In this document: one piece after another, positions 1 to 6,373 of the stretch
Layout of the letters: the number at the start of each line of letters is the position of its first letter
Position numbering within the stretch: position 1 is the stretch's first letter
Assembly: GCA_016935985.1 (NCBI GenBank)
Contig: JAFGPW010000004.1
Span: 152,752 to 216,751, forward strand
DNA from: Candidatus Woesearchaeota archaeon
GTDB taxonomy: Archaea > Nanobdellota > Nanobdellia > Woesearchaeales > JAFGPW01
Direction: 5' to 3'
Length of the DNA: 64,000 nt
Translations under genes and position numbers: made by a program
The notes under the pieces: generated by a model
Told to the model about the DNA's origin: nothing
The model's input: the letters and a program-made list of their open reading frames with translations, nothing else
Databases searched by the model: none

Positions 1-921
1 AAGGTCTTCCGGCTGCAGCGGAGCGAGAGCCTCATCGTGGTGACCGACACGAAGCGCCGACGGCTCGCCGAGAAGTTCTTCGCGGTCGCGAAAGGAGCGA
101 CCCCGCACGCGGTGCTCGTCGAGATCCCTGAGCTCTCCCTCTCGGGCCAGGAGCCGCCGAGAGGGATCGCCGAGGCCATGGGAGGCTTCGACGCCGCGGT
201 CCTGATGACGACCGCCTCGCTCACCCACACCGTAGCCACCACGCTCGCCCGGAAGCGGGGCGCACGGATCGCATCCATGCCCGGCATCACCGAGACGATG
301 ATGAGGAGCGGCATCGTCACCGACCTCGTGCGCATCATCCGGACCAACCGCCGGCTCATGCCCTACCTATCCCGAGGGAAGACCATCACGATCACGGCGC
401 CAGGAGGCACTGACATCACGGCGTCGATCGCCGGCAGGAGGCCACATGCCGACGACGGCCTGCTGCATCGCAGGGGCGGGCTCATCAACATCCCGTCAGG
501 CGAGGTCTTCATCGCGCCGGTCGAGGGGACCGCGCACGGGCGGTACGTCGTCGACGCGACGATCGCCGGCGGCAGGGCGAAGTCGCTCAGCATCTCGGTC
601 GAGAGAGGGAGAGCGGCCGGCTTTTCCGGCGACCGGGCCCGCGAGGTCTCGGCGCTCTTCCGGCGACCGGAGCTCAAGAGGTACGGGAGAAGGGTTTACA
701 CCGTCGCCGAGATCGGCATCGGCACGAACCCGACGGCGCGGATCGTCGGCTCGACGCTGCAGGACGAGAAGGTTCTCGGGACCGCACACATCGCGCTCGG
801 CAAGAACACGGGCTTCGGCGGAAGGACCGAGGTGCCGGTGCACTACGACGGGGTGTTTAGGCGGCCTACGATCGCGATCGACGGCAGGGCTATCATGCAG
901 GACGGGCGGCTGCTCGTCTGA
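1..921 (+). CDS. Aminopeptidase, peptidase M29 (AmpS/aminopeptidase T-like), C-terminal ~300 aa; the N-terminus lies upstream of the window
   Basis: The ORF runs in frame from the window edge. Motifs GEVFIAP, EIGIGTNP and GTAHIALG..HYDGV are typical of thermophilic M29 aminopeptidases. Confidence 0.6.
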   Translation, partial: KVFRLQRSESLIVVTDTKRRRLAEKFFAVAKGATPHAVLVEIPELSLSGQEPPRGIAEAMGGFDAAVLMTTASLTHTVATTLARKRGARIASMPGITETMMRSGIVTDLVRIIRTNRRLMPYLSRGKTITITAPGGTDITASIAGRRPHADDGLLHRRGGLINIPSGEVFIAPVEGTAHGRYVVDATIAGGRAKSLSISVERGRAAGFSGDRAREVSALFRRPELKRYGRRVYTVAEIGIGTNPTARIVGSTLQDEKVLGTAHIALGKNTGFGGRTEVPVHYDGVFRRPTIAIDGRAIMQDGRLLV

Positions 922-953
922 TGCGCTCGCAAGGCTATCAGGAGTGATACCAT

Positions 954-1574
954 ATGGTCGACATCGAATGGATCGGACACGCATCGTTCAGGCTCGCCGG
1001 GAGCAAGGTCGTCTACATCGACCCGTATGAGATCGAGGAGACGAGGGAGGATGCGGACATCGTCCTCATCACGCACAGCCACTACGACCACTGCTCGCCC
1101 GGCGACATCGCGAAGGTGAGGAAGGGAGGAACGGCGATCATCGCCACCGCGGACTGCGCGGGCACGCTGAACGAGGATTTCACCGCGGTCGAGCCGGGAA
1201 GCGCGCTCGAGATCGAAGGCATCACGATCACTGCGGTCCCTGCCTACAACAGGGAGAAGCCCTTCCATCCGAAGAGGAAAAAGTGGGTCGGCTACGTCAT
1301 CGACATCGACGGCGAGCGCATCTACCACGCCGGCGACACAGACTTCATCCCCGAGATGAGGGAGCTGAAGAACGTCGACGTCGCGCTCGTCCCGATCGGC
1401 GGCGAGTACACCATGAACCCCGAGCAGGCGGCAGAGGCTGTCGCGAGCTTCAGGCCGCACAAGGCGATCCCCATGCACTGGGGCAAGATCATCGGCTCGC
1501 GGAACGACGCCCTGCGGTTCCAGAGCATCGCGACGGTGCCCGTCGAGATCCTCAGGAAGAACGACTTCCAGTAG
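954..1574 (+). CDS. Metallo-beta-lactamase-fold metal-dependent hydrolase (UPF0173-like)
   Basis: HxHxDH motif (ITHSHYDHCSP), a downstream His/Asp ligand pattern and ~206 aa length. Confidence 0.7.
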   Translation: MVDIEWIGHASFRLAGSKVVYIDPYEIEETREDADIVLITHSHYDHCSPGDIAKVRKGGTAIIATADCAGTLNEDFTAVEPGSALEIEGITITAVPAYNREKPFHPKRKKWVGYVIDIDGERIYHAGDTDFIPEMRELKNVDVALVPIGGEYTMNPEQAAEAVASFRPHKAIPMHWGKIIGSRNDALRFQSIATVPVEILRKNDFQ

Positions 1575-1613
1575 GGAGACTGAAGGGGACAGGATAGGAA
1601 GGCGCAGGAGCCT

Positions 1614-2288
1614 TCATTTCTTCGGCGGCGGCGCGGTCACCGCGCCCTTGATCGCGTTCGTCACGCGGGTGAGCTCGTTCACGTTCTCGGTGAAGGTCGG
1701 GAGCACCTTCGAGAAGACCTTCTCCATCGCCTTGAGCTCCGCCCCGATGTTGGTGATGTTCTGGTCGTACTCGCCGATGCGGCCGAGCACGCCCTTATGG
1801 AGCGCGTCGAACTCGGCGCGCATGTCCTTCATCTGCTGCTCGAGCTGGGCGATCTTCGCCTCGGTCTTGTTCTTCCACTCGATGATTTTGTTGATGTTCT
1901 TTACGAGCTCGTTCCACTTCTCGTCGATGATGGCCTCCGCGAGCTCCTCGATGCGCTCGACGTCGGTGCTGCCTGCCGAAGTGTAGGGCTGCTCCATGCC
2001 GCCTGCCTGGCCGTAGCCCTGCGACGCTGGCTGTGGGCTGAATATCATGGGATTCCCGGGGGCGGGATTGCTGAACTGGTCGGGTGGCATCTTCTCTACA
2101 CCTCCTTTTATGTCTGCCTGGTTGATCGCGTCGAAGACCTGCGTCTGGTTGTACCCCTCACGCTGGAGGGTCTGGATGATCTGGTTGTTCGAGAGCCCCT
2201 GCTGGCGCATCGCGACCACTGCCTCGAGCGGAAGCCCTGGCTGGAGCTGAGGAGCCGCCGTATTCCCATCCTTCTTCTTGCCGAACAT
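1614..2288 (-). CDS. Hypothetical coiled-coil protein (small N-terminal globular domain, P/Q/G-rich linker, C-terminal coiled coil)
   Basis: Heptad-like pattern in the C-terminal 110 aa, a low-complexity Pro/Gln linker and a K-rich tail. It is divergent from the pilus-like operon. Confidence 0.5.
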   Translation of the reverse strand: MFGKKKDGNTAAPQLQPGLPLEAVVAMRQQGLSNNQIIQTLQREGYNQTQVFDAINQADIKGGVEKMPPDQFSNPAPGNPMIFSPQPASQGYGQAGGMEQPYTSAGSTDVERIEELAEAIIDEKWNELVKNINKIIEWKNKTEAKIAQLEQQMKDMRAEFDALHKGVLGRIGEYDQNITNIGAELKAMEKVFSKVLPTFTENVNELTRVTNAIKGAVTAPPPKK

Positions 2289-2368
2289 GGCGCATGCACC
2301 TCAGAACGCGAGCACGATACAGAGCCCTGAACGAACGTCCCGGGAGAGAATTCAGTCGTCCTTGGTTT

Positions 2369-2857
2369 TTAAAGCTTTCGCTTCAGGAGGGCGCTCTCGA
2401 CCTCCTGCTCGACGATCCGCTCGACCTCGCGTTGGGTCACGAAGTTTATCGGCTCCCACATCTCGATGTACTTCTTCAGGATAGTCACATTGTCCTTCTT
2501 CGCGCAGGTCCGTAGCTCCTGGATGATGACCTTCATCTTCTCGCGCAGGTCGATGATGTCGCGGCGCAGTTCCTGGATGTCGAGGTTCGCGGTCTTGATC
2601 TCGTCGAGCGCCGTCCGATGCTGGTTGATCATGTTCTGCTCGGTCACCTGGAGCTTGCGCTGGAGGTTGGTGTAGCGCTCCTCCATGATCCGCATCCTGC
2701 GCAACAGGTCGTTTATTGAGTTCAGGATCTCCGCGAGGTCAGGTCCGGGAGCGGGCTTGCCGCCGCCGAAGAGGCCGTGCTTCGCCGGCTGGGCGGGCGC
2801 CCCCTGCGAGGGCTCCATGCTCGGGAACGGCGGCGGAAGGTTGTCTGCCATGGGCAT
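2369..2857 (-). CDS. Hypothetical coiled-coil protein with a P/G-rich N-terminus (possibly a FlaC/prefoldin-like coiled coil)
   Basis: ORF with continuous heptad periodicity (LRRMRIMEERYTNLQRKLQVTEQNM...). It lies in tandem with the 1614-2288 gene on the same strand. Confidence 0.5.
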   Translation of the reverse strand: MPMADNLPPPFPSMEPSQGAPAQPAKHGLFGGGKPAPGPDLAEILNSINDLLRRMRIMEERYTNLQRKLQVTEQNMINQHRTALDEIKTANLDIQELRRDIIDLREKMKVIIQELRTCAKKDNVTILKKYIEMWEPINFVTQREVERIVEQEVESALLKRKL

Positions 2858-2968
2858 AACCAGGTCGAGAGACCTCTTAAAGTTTGTGTTAGCATATGGC
2901 AGTGGTAAGCATGGCCGGCAGACGACGGCACCGCAAGATTAAAGAGAAGGATCTGCCACGCCGTTTCC

Positions 2969-3634
2969 ATGCCGTTCTCCTGCCTCCACTGCGGCGCCTG
3001 CTGCGAGCTCCCCGAGACCCAGATCGCGGTCACCCTGGGGGACATCAGGCGGCTCTCGCGGCACATCGGGAAGCCAGTGGCAGAGCTCTTCAGGGAGCGC
3101 ATCGGCTTACGGCCGTTCGCTGTCGATGGTTCCTGCACGGTCTTTAAGACCGGTCTCGGCCTGAGGATACCCTGTGCGAGCAGGGAGGGCAGGCGGTGCG
3201 CCGTTTATCCTGCGCGGCCGCTCAACTGCCGGCTCTTCCCATTCCACCTGCTCGCTCGGATGAGCCAGGAGGAGCTCGATGCCTTCGACGACCCTGCTGT
3301 CCGCTGCATGCAGGGCATCTCGATCTCAGCGGAGGAAAGGGGGAAGTACCGCCGGTATGTCGAGCGTCTCGCCGATATCCTCGCGAGGGAGCAGGCGGCG
3401 ACCGAAGCTCTGCTCAAGGAGCACGGCCTTCTCAGGACGGTCGACATCACCACGCATGAGGACATCTCCCGGCTGTGCGCCGGAAGCGGCAGGGAGAGGG
3501 ACAGGGAGCTCGTCCGGCTCGCGGTCCGGATGATCGAGGGGCAGCCCCTGCCAGACCTGCCGTCACTCGTCGCGGAGGCGATCAGGCGTCATGCGAAGAC
3601 GCTCGCCGACACGCTCCCTCCTAATCCCATCTGA
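2969..3634 (+). CDS. YkgJ/UPF0153 family Fe-S or Zn cluster protein (CxxCxxCC; the family includes flagellin N-methylase FliB)
   Basis: N-terminal CLHCGACC motif and a downstream RP..C..FPF motif. It lies directly upstream of the PilB/PilC-like operon. Confidence 0.65.
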   Translation: MPFSCLHCGACCELPETQIAVTLGDIRRLSRHIGKPVAELFRERIGLRPFAVDGSCTVFKTGLGLRIPCASREGRRCAVYPARPLNCRLFPFHLLARMSQEELDAFDDPAVRCMQGISISAEERGKYRRYVERLADILAREQAATEALLKEHGLLRTVDITTHEDISRLCAGSGRERDRELVRLAVRMIEGQPLPDLPSLVAEAIRRHAKTLADTLPPNPI

Positions 3635-3661
3635 TCCCCTCCCGATGTGCGTCGCCGATAG

Positions 3662-3680
3662 AAATATTTATAAATAACTA
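3662..3680 (+). promoter_or_regulatory. Archaeal BRE/TATA-like element (gaaatatttataaataact) for the RHH-pilB-pilC operon
   Basis: An AT-rich TATA box in otherwise GC-rich DNA, about 80 nt upstream of the first RHH GTG start codon; the predicted TSS lies near 3700. Confidence 0.45.
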
Positions 3681-3700
3681 AATTAACATATCCTAGTAAA

Positions 3701-3736
3701 GGAGCTTAGTTTGATTAACTAACTTAACTAAGCTCC
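3701..3736. repeat. 11-bp perfect inverted repeat GGAGCTTAGTT(n14)AACTAAGCTCC with internal TTAACTAA direct repeats; candidate operator
   Basis: Read directly from the sequence. It sits at the predicted TSS, between the TATA box and the RHH start codon. Confidence 0.6.
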
Positions 3737-3756
3737 CGCGACGAGGCGCGATCGGC

Positions 3757-3891
3757 GTGGGACGCATCAACATCGAGCTCGAGGACGAGGTCCATCGGAA
3801 GATACGCGCGGTTTCTGCCCTCAAGGGCATCACGCTCATCGAGTACATCAACCAGGCGCTGAAAGAGAGTGTGGGACAGGAGAGGATTTGA
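3757..3891 (+). CDS. Small ribbon-helix-helix (CopG/antitoxin-like) DNA-binding protein, 44 aa, GTG start
   Basis: VGRINIELEDEVHRKIRAVSALKGITLIEYINQALKE matches the beta-strand plus two-helix RHH pattern. A second copy follows immediately. Confidence 0.5.
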   Translation: MGRINIELEDEVHRKIRAVSALKGITLIEYINQALKESVGQERI

Positions 3892-4026
3892 GTGGGACGC
3901 ATCAACATCGAGCTGGACGACGCGGTGCACCGCAAGGCGAAGGCCGTCTGCGCGCTCAGAGAGATCACGCTCATCGAGTTTGTCAACCAGGCGCTGAAAG
4001 AGAAGATCGCGAAGGAGAAGATATGA
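3892..4026 (+). CDS. Small RHH-like protein, tandem paralog (about 68% identical to the upstream copy), GTG start, stop overlaps the ATPase start (ATGA)
   Basis: VGRINIELDDAVHRKAKAVCALREITLIEFVNQALKEKIAKEKI; it lies in a different frame from the ATPase, and the ORF-track 3888 start is an artefact. Confidence 0.5.
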   Translation: MGRINIELDDAVHRKAKAVCALREITLIEFVNQALKEKIAKEKI

Positions 4027-6317
4027 TGGCACTGTTCGGAAACAACCCGAAACCCGACTCGTATGAGATCGTCCGCGAGGGCGACGAGGACATCATGCGC
4101 ATCGACTATGAGGATGCGACGATACTCCCCTCTATCGAGGACAACCCCGTCGTGATGGGCAGGACGATCGACAAGCTGATGGAGTCGCCGAACGTCTCGA
4201 AGATCGTCTTCATCCAGAAGCGAGACTATGAGTACGACTTCGCCCAGACCCAGGTGCTCGCCGAGATCGCCCGCCTCTACAAGCAGCTGATCAAGCAGCG
4301 CGACCTCGTCGGCTACCAGGCGGTCGCCGGCGGCAGGGGACGGATGGCGGATGCGCGCTACACGCGCCTCCAGAACATCATCATGAACCTGATGAAGACT
4401 GACCCTGTCGGCGCCTACATCGAGCTCAAGCGCTTCGCGAGGAATGAGCGCATCGAGATGCAGAAGACAATCGAGACCGAGCACACCCGGCAGATGAACC
4501 GCTTCGTCCAGGTGCTCGACTACATCGTCGAGAAGCTCGAGGCGACGAGGCTCATCACGCTCGCGCGGCCGCACATCGCCGGCTATGAGGTGGGCGACCG
4601 CAGCGTCTACCGCAGGATCTTCACCCCGTTCATCAAGCCGGACTTCATGTTCACCAAGCTCATGTCGACCTACCCCGTCGACGCCGAGGAGATGGCGAAC
4701 TACACCGTCGGCGACGACATCGAGATTACGATCTTCAAGCAGCCGGACAACGTGCAGTACATCTACCATGTCATCCCGCCGGAGTTCAAGCTCGACGAGG
4801 ACAAGTACGAGCTGCTCGACATGGCGCGAAAGATCATGGCCGAGCACAAGCCCAAGAAGAGCGAGTTCGTGGACCCCAAGCGCATGCGCCAGGTGTTCTT
4901 CAACGTCGGCCACGACCTCCTCGAGGAGCTCGCCGATTACAAGAACATCCGCATGCGGGGCAAGGATCTCGACAAGCTCACGAACATCCTGGTCAGGTAC
5001 ACCGTCGGCTTCGGCCTCATCGAGGTGCTCCTCGCCGACGAGAAGATCCAGGACATCTCCATCAACTCACCCATGGGGAAGATCCCCATGTTCATCGTGC
5101 ATGGCGACTTCGACGACTGCACGACGAACATCGTGCCCACCCGCACCGAGGCGGAGAGCTGGGCGTCGAAACTCAGGCTCATTTCAGGCAGGCCCTTGGA
5201 CGAGGCTGATCCGATTCTGGACACCGAACTCGAACTCCCCGGAGCGTCCACACGCGTGTCAGTGATTGCTCCCCCACTCAATCCAACGGGCCTTGCCTAT
5301 TCTTTCCGGCGGCACCGCGACCGGCCGTGGACGCTGCCCCTCTTCATCAAGAACAGGACCATCAACGACCTCGCGGCGGGCCTCTACTCGTTCCTCATCG
5401 ACGGGACGAGGGCGATGCTGATCGCCGGCACCAGGAGCTCGGGCAAGACCTCGTTCCTCTCCGGGCTCCTCATCGAAATCATGCGGCGCTACAGGATGAT
5501 CACCATCGAGGACACGCTCGAGCTCCCCACGGGGTCCATGCGCGACCTCGGCTTCAACATCCAGCCGATGAAGGTCGCGAGCGCGCTCGCGCGCGGCGGC
5601 ACCGAGATGGACGCGACCGACGGCATCAGGTCGACGCTGCGCCTCGGCGACTCGGCACTGATCGTCGGCGAGGTGCGCAGCAAGGAGGCGGTGGCGCTCT
5701 ACGAGGCGATGCGGGTCGGCGCCGCCGCGAACGTCGTCGCCGGCACCATCCACTCCGACTCCCCCTACGGCGTCTTCGACCGCGTGGTGAACGACATAGG
5801 TGTGCCGAAGACGTCCTTCAAGGCGACCGACATCATCACCGTGGTGAACCCCATCAAGAGCGCGGACGGCATGCACAAGTTCCGCCGCGTCCTCTCCATC
5901 ACCGAGGTGCGCAAGTTCTGGAACGAGGATCCAGTGGCGGAAGGGGGCTTCGTCGACCTCATGAAGTACGACGCGCGGCAGGATACGCTCGTCCCCACCG
6001 ACGAACTCGTCAACGGCGATTCGGAGTGCCTCAAGACGATCGCGGGCAACGTCCGCGACTTCGCCGGCAACTGGGACGCGGTCTGGCAGAACATCCAGCT
6101 CCGCGCGAACATCAAGAAGGCGATCGTCGACGTCGCCGAGCAGTACAGCGACCCCGAGCTCCTCGAGGCCGAGTTCGTGATACGCTGCAACGACGCCTAC
6201 CACATCATCGCCGAGCGGGTGAAGGAGGAGACCGGCGTCTTCGACAACGACCGCATCTTCTACGAATGGATGGAGTGGCTGAAGCGGGACATCAAGAAGC
6301 GAAAGATGATAACGTGA
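4023..6317 (+). CDS. Type IV pilus/archaellum-family secretion ATPase (FlaI/PilB/VirB11 superfamily), unusually long at 764 aa
   Basis: Walker A motif GTRSSGKTSFL, Asp box and Walker B motif (ITIEDTLEL), and the His-box region. An N-terminal extension and a ~170-aa C-terminal extension flank the FlaI-like core. Confidence 0.8.
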   Translation: MMALFGNNPKPDSYEIVREGDEDIMRIDYEDATILPSIEDNPVVMGRTIDKLMESPNVSKIVFIQKRDYEYDFAQTQVLAEIARLYKQLIKQRDLVGYQAVAGGRGRMADARYTRLQNIIMNLMKTDPVGAYIELKRFARNERIEMQKTIETEHTRQMNRFVQVLDYIVEKLEATRLITLARPHIAGYEVGDRSVYRRIFTPFIKPDFMFTKLMSTYPVDAEEMANYTVGDDIEITIFKQPDNVQYIYHVIPPEFKLDEDKYELLDMARKIMAEHKPKKSEFVDPKRMRQVFFNVGHDLLEELADYKNIRMRGKDLDKLTNILVRYTVGFGLIEVLLADEKIQDISINSPMGKIPMFIVHGDFDDCTTNIVPTRTEAESWASKLRLISGRPLDEADPILDTELELPGASTRVSVIAPPLNPTGLAYSFRRHRDRPWTLPLFIKNRTINDLAAGLYSFLIDGTRAMLIAGTRSSGKTSFLSGLLIEIMRRYRMITIEDTLELPTGSMRDLGFNIQPMKVASALARGGTEMDATDGIRSTLRLGDSALIVGEVRSKEAVALYEAMRVGAAANVVAGTIHSDSPYGVFDRVVNDIGVPKTSFKATDIITVVNPIKSADGMHKFRRVLSITEVRKFWNEDPVAEGGFVDLMKYDARQDTLVPTDELVNGDSECLKTIAGNVRDFAGNWDAVWQNIQLRANIKKAIVDVAEQYSDPELLEAEFVIRCNDAYHIIAERVKEETGVFDNDRIFYEWMEWLKRDIKKRKMIT

Positions 6318-6373
6318 GCCCTGACAGCCGCGGACCGGCCGGCCGGGGAAGAAAAGAGAGGTGAGCGGGCGGC

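Noticed and set aside
3888-4022. ORF-track N-terminal extension of the ATPase (MSGTHQHRAG...) starting at TTG 3888
   Set aside because: The extension is Arg/Gly-rich nonsense. The +1 frame encodes a well-formed RHH-like peptide nearly identical to the upstream copy, and the ATPase has a good Met-Met start at 4023.
3693-4913. A 406-aa minus-strand ORF, and many similar long ORFs antisense to real genes (e.g. 5259-6203, 6617-7402, 9655-10854, 11681-12247, 12854-13603, 14972-16939, 18287-19261, 22486-23136, 23617-25419, 25238-26578, 32212-33630, 34660-35646, 35310-36272, 42667-44112, 45017-46348, 45585-46559, 57342-59093, 59300-60169, 60681-61634, 61969-62658, 62439-63143)
   Set aside because: Their translations are low-complexity and R/A/G/P/D/E-rich, typical of stop-poor alternative frames in ~65% GC DNA. 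Each overlaps a gene with clear conserved motifs on the other strand.
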